Shown: positions 37,240-47,836, counted from the stretch's first letter. The stretch: DNA of 64,000 nt from Ignisphaera sp. (GCA_038821645.1 JAWBDT010000005.1:1-64000); one strand, 5' to 3'. Translations and numbers: made by a program. Notes: generated from the letters alone by a model not told the origin.

Positions 37240-38825
37240 ATTGTTTTGAGGTAAAGGATGTAGATCTAGCAGCTAGAATAGGTAAGATTAAGACAAAACG
37301 AGGTGTGATTGAGACACCATATATTTTTCCTGTTGTAGATCCAACATTAAAGAATCAATTCGTATCTCTTAATGATATTCGTAGGATTGGATTTAATGCT
37401 ATTATAACTAATGCATACTTGCTTAAGAAGCGATTACAAAAAGTTGAAGATATTCATAGTGTTTTGAATTTTGATGGAGTAGTTATGACTGATTCTGGAG
37501 CTTATCAGCTACTTAGATATGGCAATATAGATATAACTAATGTTGAGATAGTTAATTATCAGTGCGAAATTGGTAGCGATATAGGTGTAATACTCGATGT
37601 CCCTACACCTTATGATGCGCCATATGAAAAAGCATTAGAAAGTGCTGAAATAACGTTTCAGAGAGCTATTGAAGTACAAGATATAATTGAAAAGTGTACA
37701 AATACACTCTGGACATTACCGATACAGGGAGGTACACATCTAGAGATTTTACAAAAATATGCTATAAAATCTGATAGCATAGTTGGATATGGATATAGTC
37801 TATTCGCATTAGGCAGCCCTACAACACTCCTAGAGAACTATATGTTTGATAAAGTTATAGAAATGATAGTTACAGTAAGACTCAACATACGTCCTTCGTA
37901 TCCTCTTCACCTTTTTGGTGCAGGTCATCCACTCATCATGCCTTTCGCAATAGCCTTGGGTGTAGATATTATGGATTCTGCAAGCTATATTCTATACGCT
38001 AAAGATGGACGTTACATGACTAGAAAAGGTACCTATGCTGTAAAAGAATTATCGTATTTTCCGTGCTCATGCCCTGTATGTTCTAAATATACGGTTGAGG
38101 AATTCAATAAACTACCTAAACAAGATAAATGGAAACTTTTAGCGTTACATAATCTCTATACATTGTTTAGAGAATTAAATGAGATAAAAGAATGCATTAA
38201 AGAGGGAAGACTTTGGGAATATTTAGAAGAAAAAGCAAGATCTCATCCAGCAGCTAAGAGAGCATTTGAAACAATTAAAAAGAATCTAGAGTACATTTAC
38301 AGAAGAACTCCACGTGAAAAGCCTAAGGGAAAAGCTCTCTTCATCTTATCTGAAGACTCTATATACAATCCCAAGTTAATGTTAGCAAGAAGAGATATTC
38401 TTTCCAGAATTTCAAGAATTCCAACAAAAAAGAAATGCATAATATTTGCACCATTAACAACCAAGTCATCGCCTAAAGGATTATATAAAGCTACTACAAA
38501 AGAATGTCATCTTTATTTCTACTACCCGATACTGGGCCTAATCCCTTACACTTTGATCAATAGCTACCCCTTCTCACAATTTGAGGCATACAATGAGTTT
38601 TCATATAGTGTCATAAAAGATCTAGCTTACACATTTATAGAATATATAATGAATTTGTATAAAAACCTTACCCATATAGTTGAGGTAACGCTATACATAC
38701 AAAACAACGTTGAATGGCAATATAGATTTGCGGAAACAGTTAAAGAATATCTACAAATATTAAATCAAAAAGGAATAGGAATAAAGATAAAGATATTGAA
38801 TCTAGGTAATAACCCGACATATTGA
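37236..38825 (+). CDS. tgtA: Archaeosine tRNA-guanine transglycosylase; apparent ATA start at 37236
   Basis: 'MTDSGAYQ', 'HLFGAGHP', 'DSASY', 'CSCPVC'; conserved N-terminus FEVKDVDLAARIGK lies upstream of the track's GTG start. Confidence 0.93.
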   Translation: MDCFEVKDVDLAARIGKIKTKRGVIETPYIFPVVDPTLKNQFVSLNDIRRIGFNAIITNAYLLKKRLQKVEDIHSVLNFDGVVMTDSGAYQLLRYGNIDITNVEIVNYQCEIGSDIGVILDVPTPYDAPYEKALESAEITFQRAIEVQDIIEKCTNTLWTLPIQGGTHLEILQKYAIKSDSIVGYGYSLFALGSPTTLLENYMFDKVIEMIVTVRLNIRPSYPLHLFGAGHPLIMPFAIALGVDIMDSASYILYAKDGRYMTRKGTYAVKELSYFPCSCPVCSKYTVEEFNKLPKQDKWKLLALHNLYTLFRELNEIKECIKEGRLWEYLEEKARSHPAAKRAFETIKKNLEYIYRRTPREKPKGKALFILSEDSIYNPKLMLARRDILSRISRIPTKKKCIIFAPLTTKSSPKGLYKATTKECHLYFYYPILGLIPYTLINSYPFSQFEAYNEFSYSVIKDLAYTFIEYIMNLYKNLTHIVEVTLYIQNNVEWQYRFAETVKEYLQILNQKGIGIKIKILNLGNNPTY

Positions 38826-38980
38826 AAGTTTTATTCGATTTCGATCTATCATCATATAAACAAACCAGCTATAGTCTACTCTAGTTAAACTAGGCACCTA
38901 TAACATCGCTATTCTATTTCATATTTAATTCAGTGAGAGATATTAAAGTTAAAATACTACAAAACAGAATACCAGTAGTA

Positions 38981-39041
38981 GATGATGAAGAAGAGCCGAT
39001 GTGATACCTAAAGGTTATGATCTTATTATCCTCAGCTGATG
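38981..39041 (+). ncRNA. C/D-box sRNA candidate (23S rRNA peptidyl-transferase region guide)
   Basis: C ATGATGA (38982), guide GAAGAGCCGAT, D' GTGA, C' TTATGA, guide, D CTGA (39036-39039). Confidence 0.75.
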
Positions 39042-39350
39042 TTGAATTATATATCAAATAAGTTATAGAGATAAATTGCTAATCAGACCTATACTTCTGT
39101 ATAGCGTGTAGGACAATACTGTTGTAAAACTATATGAACATAAGAAAATTCTATTAACTATAGTATCAGACATCATTTACAGAAATAAATTCATTCTACT
39201 TTACTTTATCATTCCTATGAATGATTATGTTTTGTTGATAAACTCTTGGTATACTTAACATGAATTAATCTGATTGTATTAGATACTGATGTATCAAGAA
39301 AATATTATGTAAGCTAAAGATAAAATCTGTTAGGTAATATCTTTTACTTA

Positions 39351-40235
39351 GTGACATATATGAAGATACTTATCACAGGGCTTATGGTTTATGACTCAGG
39401 TAAAACATGGTTTACTGTAACTTTAGCTAGAAAACTGATTAACAAAGGACTTAAAATATCTATATATAAGCCTGTTGCAGGTCATAGTTTATGGCACCAG
39501 TATCCAACTATAATTGAAAGTATCAAAAGAGGTATGCTTTTTGGAGAAGATATTCTTAAATATGGAGAAGTTTTAAATGTAAAGGACATTAAGCAACTCG
39601 CATTAATGAATCCCATAGATATCCTATTTGCACCTTTAGATATCGTTAAGTATATTGATGATAGAAATATAGAGAAAGCGTTTGTAGATCTCGAGAACCA
39701 GTTTCTACAGATGGTCTTAGCTAGAGTGAGCTTCTGTTCAGATAGTGTAACCAAATATTATGTATTTAGAGAGAATATATCTAGAACTACACATAGAGTA
39801 AGAGAGGTAATAGATTTGTTAGCAAGAAAGTTTAATGCTATAGAAACTGATGTTATGATTTTTAATAGATTGCTACAAAGCAAAGAAGTTGATGATCAAC
39901 TTAGCACATGTTTAGAGATGTTAGCTAAGGATAATGATGTTGTTTTAATTGAATCATTTAATAATTCATTAATACCGTATATAGGGTTAATCAAAGAAGA
40001 AATAGATATACTCTTTGTAGTGTATCCTAGCGTAGTGCTAATCTACAGGAGTAGCATTAAGGATTTAATGAGATTTGTGGCACAAAATATCTATGTCTAT
40101 GGTGATAAGACTCTTGTAACAGATGTATTAGTAAACAATTTTAGATATGATAGATACTACGTGCTTAAACCTAGGGTTTCAGTATATGACGATGATGAAA
40201 TATTTGATGATATCCTTAAGCATATAGCTTTATAG
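39351..40235 (+). CDS. Predicted P-loop ATPase/GTPase (archaeal, BioD-like fold)
   Basis: 'ITGLMVYDSGKTW', 'YKPVAGH', 'NPID', 'LIESFN'. Confidence 0.75.
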   Translation: MTYMKILITGLMVYDSGKTWFTVTLARKLINKGLKISIYKPVAGHSLWHQYPTIIESIKRGMLFGEDILKYGEVLNVKDIKQLALMNPIDILFAPLDIVKYIDDRNIEKAFVDLENQFLQMVLARVSFCSDSVTKYYVFRENISRTTHRVREVIDLLARKFNAIETDVMIFNRLLQSKEVDDQLSTCLEMLAKDNDVVLIESFNNSLIPYIGLIKEEIDILFVVYPSVVLIYRSSIKDLMRFVAQNIYVYGDKTLVTDVLVNNFRYDRYYVLKPRVSVYDDDEIFDDILKHIAL

Positions 40236-40859
40236 TTTCTTTGATATATCCATCAATAGTTTCACAAATAATGTATTTAATTGTACTATTGCTAAATCTT
40301 CAATTGTTTCTGCTATAGTTTCAGCTTCATATATGTTTGTACCCAATGACACAACACCGTGTTTCTTCAATATCAATGCGTTAACATTTTTTGAAACCTT
40401 TTCCGCTACATTTTTTGCCAGCTCTTCACTTCCTGGCTCAGCTTCAGCCACATATTCTATGCCTTTTATATAAAACTTTGATTCTATCAATAAACTAGGA
40501 TCTAGCTTTATATCTAGTAGATCTAATATCAATACATTTGGATTGTGTGTATGAACTACTGCTGCAATATCTGGTCTAGATTTGTATATAGCTACATGAA
40601 ATCTCCATTCACTAGAAGGTTTATGATGGCCCTCTATTATATTTCCATTCAAATCCATCTTAATCATATCATCAGTCTTTATCTCAGCCTTATATATACT
40701 TGATGGAGTAATCCATATGTATTCTGTGCCAGGTACACGCACACTTATGTTGCCCGACAATGCCGATATAAGTCCCCTTCTGTATAGATTCCTCATAACG
40801 GTTACTATATCTTGTTTAATTAGATCATCTATATCATAGAGTTCATAGAGACTTACCAT
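40230..40859 (-). CDS. Class II aldolase/adducin family protein (FucA/MtnB-like)
   Basis: 'GNISVR', 'ITPS', 'PSSE...H...Y..RPD..AVVHTH', 'HG'. Confidence 0.9.
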   Translation of the reverse strand: MVSLYELYDIDDLIKQDIVTVMRNLYRRGLISALSGNISVRVPGTEYIWITPSSIYKAEIKTDDMIKMDLNGNIIEGHHKPSSEWRFHVAIYKSRPDIAAVVHTHNPNVLILDLLDIKLDPSLLIESKFYIKGIEYVAEAEPGSEELAKNVAEKVSKNVNALILKKHGVVSLGTNIYEAETIAETIEDLAIVQLNTLFVKLLMDISKKL

Positions 40860-41029
40860 TATAATTACCCTAGAGCATTTATGTCTTGATTAATGAATCC
40901 AACTTATGCTTAGAGATAATATGTATTCATGAAGCTATAGATTAAAATTATTGACTATCAATATAAGAGTACTTAATAAAGCTAGAGATCATCTAGAGTT
41001 AATGTGAGATTACAGGAGAAGATACATAG

Positions 41030-42319
41030 ATGAATCATCAGTTTCAGAAGGTGATAAATAAATTGAGTTTAAATGTTGAAAAGATTAGAGAAGATTTCCC
41101 TATATTCAAGAATAATCCTGATTTGGTGTATCTAGATAATGCTGCTACTACTCATAAACCTATTCAGGTAATAGATGCTATAAGAGAGTTCTATACAATG
41201 TATAATGCCAATATACATAGAGGTGTATACAGACTTAGTGTAAAGGCTACAGAACTTTATGAAGAAGCTCATGCAAAAATCGCAAAATTCATTAGTGCAA
41301 ATAGTTGGGATGAAGTAATATTCACTAAAAACTCTACAGATGCTATAAACATGATAGCTTATGCCTTAGGTTTTACGTTCTTGGAACCTGGAGATGAGAT
41401 AGTGATTACTATTATGGAGCATCATAGTAATATGCTTCCATGGATAAGGATAGCTGAAATGAGGAAAGCTATAGTAAAATTCGTAGAGGTGAATAGCAAC
41501 GGTATCCTTAATTATGAGCAACTAGCTGAATTTATTAATAACAAGACTAAAATTGTAAGTGTGACACATGTCTCTAACGTATTAGGTACTATTAATGATT
41601 TACAGAGAATATCAAAAATTGTTAGACAAAATTCAGAAGCAATACTTATTATTGATGGAGCTCAATCAGTTCCACATTTACCTATAAACGTAAAAGAATT
41701 AGATATAGATTTCCTAGTTTTTAGTGGTCATAAAATGCTTGGACCTACTGGTATAGGGGTCTTATGGGGTAAGAAAGATCTACTGGAAAAAATGTTACCA
41801 GCTATCTATGGAGGAGACATGGTAGAGAAAGTGGAAATAATTGTGAAAAATGGTACCATTGTGCATAAACAAATAGACTATAACATATTACCATGGAAAT
41901 TTGAGGCAGGAACACCAAATATTGCAGCAGGCATAGGTTTGGCCAAAGCTGTAGAATATCTCGAGAACATAGGGATGCAGAACGTTGAGACACATGAAAA
42001 AGAGTTAACAAGATACACCATAAAACGCCTAAATGAAGAACTGGGAGATTGTATAGAAATCCTAGGTCCTCGAGACCCAAGTATTCGCGGAGGTATAGTT
42101 TCATTCACGATGAAGGGTCTAGATCCCCATGTAATTGCAACACTTCTGTCTATGAATAATGTAGCTATTAGAGCGGGATTTCATTGTGCTCAACCACTTC
42201 ACACGTTCCTAGGTCTCTCAAAAGGAAGTGCCCGAGCTAGTTTCTACATATATAACGACTATAAAGATGTAGATGCATTTGTTAACGAACTTAAGAAGCT
42301 ACAGAACCTAGTTAAGTAG
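41030..42319 (+). CDS. sufS: Cysteine desulfurase, SufS type
   Basis: 'YLDNAATT', 'EHHSN', 'DGAQ', PLP Lys in 'SGHKMLGPTG', catalytic Cys in 'RAGFHCAQP'. Confidence 0.95.
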   Translation: MNHQFQKVINKLSLNVEKIREDFPIFKNNPDLVYLDNAATTHKPIQVIDAIREFYTMYNANIHRGVYRLSVKATELYEEAHAKIAKFISANSWDEVIFTKNSTDAINMIAYALGFTFLEPGDEIVITIMEHHSNMLPWIRIAEMRKAIVKFVEVNSNGILNYEQLAEFINNKTKIVSVTHVSNVLGTINDLQRISKIVRQNSEAILIIDGAQSVPHLPINVKELDIDFLVFSGHKMLGPTGIGVLWGKKDLLEKMLPAIYGGDMVEKVEIIVKNGTIVHKQIDYNILPWKFEAGTPNIAAGIGLAKAVEYLENIGMQNVETHEKELTRYTIKRLNEELGDCIEILGPRDPSIRGGIVSFTMKGLDPHVIATLLSMNNVAIRAGFHCAQPLHTFLGLSKGSARASFYIYNDYKDVDAFVNELKKLQNLVK

Positions 42320-42371
42320 ATTAAAAAGTGATTATATGAACTAAATATTTAAACTAAATTAAACAAAAATA

Positions 42372-42626
42372 ATGTGGAACAGGTGTAGTATTATGACTGC
42401 AACAATAGATCTAACAAAAGAGGATGTATCTTGTGTTGAACACCCTATAGTAAAGCTTGTTAGAACGCTTAATGATCTTAATGAAAGTGAGGTTATAGTG
42501 ATCGTCAGCAAAGATGATATCCCATCCGGTAAAATACTTGAAATGATAGCTGATAAAATAGGATACAAAATCACCGAAATGATTGAGAACGAGAAAACCA
42601 TAAAAGCTAAGTTTACTAGGATTTAG
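42372..42626 (+). CDS. TusA/SirA-like sulfur carrier (divergent); start probably MTATIDL
   Basis: 'IDLT....CVEHPIVKL...L..L....V.V' resembles the TusA CPxP region; directly after sufS. Confidence 0.55.
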   Translation: MWNRCSIMTATIDLTKEDVSCVEHPIVKLVRTLNDLNESEVIVIVSKDDIPSGKILEMIADKIGYKITEMIENEKTIKAKFTRI

Positions 42627-42979
42627 ATTAATACTATAACTAGACCTTAGTCACAATTTTAGATTATTCAAACTTAATATCACCAAATCAACTACTAAAA
42701 TATGTCTTATAAATATATAAGTAATGAAGCCTTACATTACTTAACATAATTTTGATGATTTTCCTCTCCAATTAAGTGGAGACCTTGTTATATGTTCCAT
42801 AGGCTTAGAGTTTGGTATATAATTCAATAAAATTTTGAACATATGTTTTAATTGTTACTCAAATTCTATATTAAGAATGTAATTTTGGTAAGATAGTGAG
42901 ATACGGATAAGTCAAAACATTATCTACCAACATGCATAACATAAACACTTTTATACTTTTGTATACATTTGTACCTTAA

Positions 42980-43579
42980 ATGTTATATACAGTATTGGGT
43001 GCTTTAATGCCTAGAAGAAGAATGGTGCCTATTTCTGAAGAAATAATAGATGAAGCAATAAAAATTGGAGAAAGAATAGGAATACCATACTTGGTTCTTG
43101 TAGAGAAAATACTTTCATCAGTTCTTAGGATTATGCAGCATAAGGGTAATATTCTTGATGTACTATCTATGGTGGATGCATTAGATGATATTAAAAGACT
43201 TGGAGGAATCCTATTTCCTGCTTCTATGGTTAATAGATCTCTAATAGACTTTAAGAATGAGTCGTTTCAATTACTATGTAATGAATATATCAAAATGTGT
43301 ACATGGTTTGGTGAACTAAGTAGAATTAAGAGATCTGCAACAGTAAATGAATTTAAATCGGTTCTAGCTTTATGGCTTCCTATAGCATCAATAGATGTCT
43401 CACATAATAATAATGACTACAAATTTGTTATAGGATTTCTAGGGTATAGTCCAGAAGTAGTGAGTTTAGCACGATGTATAATTGAAGGACTTATTAGAGG
43501 CTACAACTTAAATATGACAGAAATAATAGTTAAAGATTTCTTTATAGTCATTAAGGTGAGAGGCTTTGTCGAAGAGTAG
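42980..43579 (+). CDS. Putative ribbon-helix-helix regulator with a C-terminal ligand-binding-like domain
   Basis: 'RRRMVPISEEIIDEAIKIGERIGI' RHH-like; C-terminal 'IIEGLIRGY' alpha/beta domain. Confidence 0.5.
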   Translation: MLYTVLGALMPRRRMVPISEEIIDEAIKIGERIGIPYLVLVEKILSSVLRIMQHKGNILDVLSMVDALDDIKRLGGILFPASMVNRSLIDFKNESFQLLCNEYIKMCTWFGELSRIKRSATVNEFKSVLALWLPIASIDVSHNNNDYKFVIGFLGYSPEVVSLARCIIEGLIRGYNLNMTEIIVKDFFIVIKVRGFVEE

Positions 43580-44063
43580 AAGATGTATAGGTATCGACAT
43601 AGAATTAGCTGAAGAACTAAAAAACATATCTAAATCTAGAGGCATGAGTATTGTTAACTATTTGCGTAAACTTCTAGAAGAATTAATAGATTTAGAGAAA
43701 CAAGGATATTATGTACCTGAGTTGCTTCATGAAAAAAAGATAGAGTTAGTGTTATCTAAACTAGGATTTGTTTATGTTCCTTCAGAAGTAGTATCAGAAA
43801 CACTTAAACCTGAAGATGTTGAAACAATAGGAGAAAGGATTGGTAAAGCACTAATCGAACTTGACCTAAATATTGAGGAAATTATAGAAAGAATAGCTGT
43901 AAAAAACGATATAGCTATTGTTCAACGTAATTCAATAATATTGATTCCAGCATCTGGTGTGAAAGAAATGATAAAATATATTTTAATTGGTATAGCCAAA
44001 GCAGCAGGCATACCTATATCAACATCAGGTAATACTGTGATAATTAGAAGTAGACGATACTAG
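43566..44063 (+). CDS. Putative ribbon-helix-helix (CopG-like) regulator, paralogous to the upstream gene
   Basis: 'RRCIGIDIELAEELKNISKSRGMSIVNYLRKLL'; 'LGFVYVP' versus upstream 'LGGILFP'. Confidence 0.6.
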   Translation: MSKSRRCIGIDIELAEELKNISKSRGMSIVNYLRKLLEELIDLEKQGYYVPELLHEKKIELVLSKLGFVYVPSEVVSETLKPEDVETIGERIGKALIELDLNIEEIIERIAVKNDIAIVQRNSIILIPASGVKEMIKYILIGIAKAAGIPISTSGNTVIIRSRRY

Positions 44064-44164
44064 AAGACAAATATTGTATCACGATTTCTGAAGCTTATTA
44101 GGTAGACATCTTTATATGAATTTATAATCCTTTTCTCGCATATTTTTCCTAAAGGTGGTAATGT

Positions 44165-44971
44165 GTGATAGATCTACTTACATTGTTTATAATATTCTTA
44201 ATAATCGTTATCATGACTCTAATAATGTCAAGGTACATCAGAATTGTTAAAGAATGGGAACGCTTTATAGTTCTTCGATTAGGCAGATATCAAGGTATTA
44301 AAGGGCCTGGACTTGTTTTCTTAGTTCCATTTATAGATAGAGGTATTATTGTTGATCTACGCATTACCACAGTTGATGTTCCTAAACAAGAGGTTATAAC
44401 TAAGGACAACGTAACTGTGACTGTTGATGCTGTAGTTTACTATCGCATTATTGATCCTGAAAATGCTGTTCTAAAAATTAAGGATCCACATTATTCTGTA
44501 GCACTACTTACACAAACCACAATAAGAGATGTCATAGGTCAAGTAGATCTAGATACCTTACTCACTCAAAGAGAAGAAATAGGTAAAACCATACAATCTA
44601 TTGTTGATAGAATTACAGAAGCTTGGGGTGTAAAGATATCACTACTAACACTAAAGGCTATAGAACTTCCTCAAGGTCTTATAAGAGCTATGGCTAAGCA
44701 AGCAGAAGCAGAAAGACTTCGAAGAGCTAGAATTATCGAAGCAGAAGCAGAAAGAGAAGCTGCTAAGATATTATCTGAAGCAGCAATAGTGTATGAAACT
44801 CATCCAACGGCATTGAGGTTAAGAGAGCTTCAAACATATACAGATATAGCTAGAGAAAAGAATCTAATAATAATTACTGAAGCTTCGTCTAAGTCCGCAT
44901 CAACTGCTGCTGCTATATCTACAGCATTATCTGGTAGATATCCTCCTCAGGTTGAGAAGGGTGAAGAATAA
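44165..44971 (+). CDS. SPFH/stomatin (slipin) protein
   Basis: 'KEWER..VLRLG', 'GPGL', 'VITKDNV', 'AMAKQAEAER', 'ALRLRELQ'. Confidence 0.95.
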   Translation: MIDLLTLFIIFLIIVIMTLIMSRYIRIVKEWERFIVLRLGRYQGIKGPGLVFLVPFIDRGIIVDLRITTVDVPKQEVITKDNVTVTVDAVVYYRIIDPENAVLKIKDPHYSVALLTQTTIRDVIGQVDLDTLLTQREEIGKTIQSIVDRITEAWGVKISLLTLKAIELPQGLIRAMAKQAEAERLRRARIIEAEAEREAAKILSEAAIVYETHPTALRLRELQTYTDIAREKNLIIITEASSKSASTAAAISTALSGRYPPQVEKGEE

Positions 44972-46298
44972 TATTTATCCCATTATTATATCTATAATGA
45001 TAATATGCCTTGGTACACCATTTCTTACAGTAGTTGCTACAAGTAAGTCTAATTCTGATTATATTGTTGAAGAGGCATTTATTATAAGGATAGAAGGTTA
45101 TACCTCACTAATAGATACTCCTGTACAAGAATATGTAACTAACGCTCTCAATATTGCTAAGAACAGGAATAAACCTTTAATAATATATATTGACACCTAT
45201 GGAGGATATTTAGACCCCGCTCTCACGATATCGAAAAGTTTGCTCGAAGCTGAAGTACCTATAATAGTTTTTGTAAGAGATAAAGCATATAGTGCAGGTG
45301 CATTAATATCAATAGCGGCACATGTTCTCGCTATGAGGCCTACGGCTGTCATAGGAGCGGCACAACCAATATCAATAAATCCCGTTACAGGAGAAATAAT
45401 CTTTATAAACGAAAGTAAAATTTTGAATCCAATACTAAAAACTATGGAATTATGTGCTGAAGCAAGGAAAAGGAATATCACAATTATTAAGCGTTTTGTC
45501 TATGAGAATCTTGTTTTATCTGGTAAAGAAGCTCTTCAATATAAAGTCATAGATTATGTTGCTAATAGCATTGAAGAACTTTTAACACATCTTCAAGGTA
45601 TAGAGATCAACATCTCAGGCATTATTTGGAGACTATATATAAAGCGATATGAAGAGCTCCCTCCGAGTCTAGACATATATACCAAGATATTCCTCAGAAA
45701 TTCTCTTGTAAATTCATTATTACTTTTTATAGGCATCTTCGGAACACTAGGACTTCTATACACAGGACGTATAGATCTTCTACCTATAACAATCATAGCG
45801 TTAATGTTAGCATTATTTGGAAGTGATATAGAGACTAGATCTATATCAATAACACTCATAGCTTTAGGATCTATATTACTATCGATAGAATTATTCATAA
45901 CGCCAGGATTTGGTGTATTAGGAGTTTCAGGTATAATTGCCATCGTTATAGGATTACTACTAACACCACTACCCTCAACTTTATATACAGTCAGTATTGT
46001 AACTCTTCGGAAAATAATAACAATTTTTGCAATAAGTTTTGGAACATTATTTACATTCATACTTTATAAAGCTATATTGGTTATGAAGAAGCCTAAAAGC
46101 ATTAGATATACACCAGAAGATAAGGTAATCGGAAAAGCTATAGATAGGATAGAGCCTGGGGTAAAAGGATATGTATTAATTGATGGCGAATTATGGGAAG
46201 CAGAAAGCAATGAGGTGATAGAGTCTGGAGAAGAAGTAGAAGTAGTAGATAGGAAGGGATTTACTGTAAGGGTTAAGAAGATTTCAAGAAATATGTGA
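44952..46298 (+). CDS. nfeD: NfeD (stomatin operon partner) membrane serine protease
   Basis: 'IDTYGG', 'AYSAG', 'IGAAQP', TM block 'ELFITPGFG', C-terminal OB fold 'GELWEA'. Confidence 0.92.
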   Translation: MRRVKNNIYPIIISIMIICLGTPFLTVVATSKSNSDYIVEEAFIIRIEGYTSLIDTPVQEYVTNALNIAKNRNKPLIIYIDTYGGYLDPALTISKSLLEAEVPIIVFVRDKAYSAGALISIAAHVLAMRPTAVIGAAQPISINPVTGEIIFINESKILNPILKTMELCAEARKRNITIIKRFVYENLVLSGKEALQYKVIDYVANSIEELLTHLQGIEINISGIIWRLYIKRYEELPPSLDIYTKIFLRNSLVNSLLLFIGIFGTLGLLYTGRIDLLPITIIALMLALFGSDIETRSISITLIALGSILLSIELFITPGFGVLGVSGIIAIVIGLLLTPLPSTLYTVSIVTLRKIITIFAISFGTLFTFILYKAILVMKKPKSIRYTPEDKVIGKAIDRIEPGVKGYVLIDGELWEAESNEVIESGEEVEVVDRKGFTVRVKKISRNM

Positions 46299-46366
46299 TG
46301 GTATTACTATATTTATAACCGTATGAAATCTACTTAGATATACATGAGCATAATAGATACAAATAT

Positions 46367-47752
46367 ATGATCATGAATCTAGTTCATCTGTATATAGGTG
46401 TCTCTATGAAGCTTATAAAGAATAGACATGAATTAATTAAGGGAGATTTACATAAAATTGTTATTGAATCAGTTGAAGAAGCTTTTGATTATGTAGACCC
46501 TTATACTGCAATAATCAATAATGTGAAACCTACAGACAGAGGTATTAGTGTAAAAGGTATCAACATAGATATTAGTGGAAAGATTCATGTTGTGGGTTTT
46601 GGTAAAGCTTCAAAGAGAATGGCTATGGCAATAAACGATATATTGGGTGATAAGATAGAAGGAGGAATAGTAATAACGCCTAACGAAGTTGGCAAAATAG
46701 GGCCGATAATTTTAGTCAAAGGAGATCATCCTATTCCTGGAGAAAATACTGTAAAAGCGTCTAATCAGCTTATAGAATATCTCGAACGTGTAGAAAACAA
46801 TGATACATTACTTGTATTAATCTCTGGTGGAGGTTCGGCTTTATTTGAAATTCCTGAAGATGGTGTTTCACTTGACGATATAAGATTTATTACGAAAGAG
46901 CTTATGAAAAGAGGAGCTGATATATATGAATTGAATGTTGTTAGAAAAAGATTATCTAAAGTCAAAGGAGGTAAAATGTTGAGATATATAAGTGCTAAGA
47001 ACATTGTATCATTAATAATAAGCGATGTAGTAGATGACAAAATAGATACAATAGCTTCAGGACCCACAGCACCAGATGAGACAAGCTTTTTAGATGCTTA
47101 CATGATTTTAAAAAGATATGGTATTTGGAATGAAGTGCCGAACAGAATAAAAACTATAATTGAAAAAGGAATTAAAGGAGAAACACCAGATACACTTAAG
47201 GTTTCTGATCCAATTTTTAGTAAGGTTATGAACGTCATTGTGGCTAGTAATGAAATTCTTCTTGAAGCATTAGCAGAAAAGCTATCGAAACGAGGGTTTA
47301 AACCAATGATTCTTACATCTATGCTTGAAGGTGAGGCAAGAGAGGTTGGAAAGGTATTGGCATCAATAATAAAGAGTATAGACAGATATTCGAAACCTGT
47401 AGCTAAACCTGTAGCATTATTAGCTGGTGGAGAAACTGTTGTAACTGTACGTGGTAAAGGAATAGGTGGAAGGAATCAAGAGCTATGTTTGTCGCTTTCT
47501 ATATCTTTGAAGACAATTGAAAATTACTTAGCTCTCTGCATGGGAAGCGATGGAATAGATGGAATAAGTCCTGCTGCAGGCGCTATAGTTGATGGAAATG
47601 TATTTAAAGAAGCTATACAGATGGGATTAAATCCTATCGAGTTTCTTGAAAATAATGATAGCTTCACATTTTTCTCTAAACTAGGTAGAGCTATATTTAC
47701 AGATTACACAGGAACTAATGTAAATGATATATTTGTGGCTATAATTGTTTAA
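46367..47752 (+). CDS. Glycerate 2-kinase (MOFRL family)
   Basis: 'GFGKA', 'LISGGGSAL', 'SKVKGG', 'IASGPT', 'GGETVV', 'GGRNQE', 'TGTNVND'. Confidence 0.93.
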   Translation: MIMNLVHLYIGVSMKLIKNRHELIKGDLHKIVIESVEEAFDYVDPYTAIINNVKPTDRGISVKGINIDISGKIHVVGFGKASKRMAMAINDILGDKIEGGIVITPNEVGKIGPIILVKGDHPIPGENTVKASNQLIEYLERVENNDTLLVLISGGGSALFEIPEDGVSLDDIRFITKELMKRGADIYELNVVRKRLSKVKGGKMLRYISAKNIVSLIISDVVDDKIDTIASGPTAPDETSFLDAYMILKRYGIWNEVPNRIKTIIEKGIKGETPDTLKVSDPIFSKVMNVIVASNEILLEALAEKLSKRGFKPMILTSMLEGEAREVGKVLASIIKSIDRYSKPVAKPVALLAGGETVVTVRGKGIGGRNQELCLSLSISLKTIENYLALCMGSDGIDGISPAAGAIVDGNVFKEAIQMGLNPIEFLENNDSFTFFSKLGRAIFTDYTGTNVNDIFVAIIV

Positions 47753-47836
47753 ACCTGTGATTATGCTGATGTTTGCTAAGCAATAGTAGATATGATAATA
47801 TAAATACCAGTATTGTTAGAAATCTAGTGAGGAAAA

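Noticed and set aside
42730-42800. TTGATGA followed by ACCTTGTTA (resembles the complement of the 16S 3' region)
   Set aside because: No CTGA-like D boxes; could be a decayed sRNA but unsupported
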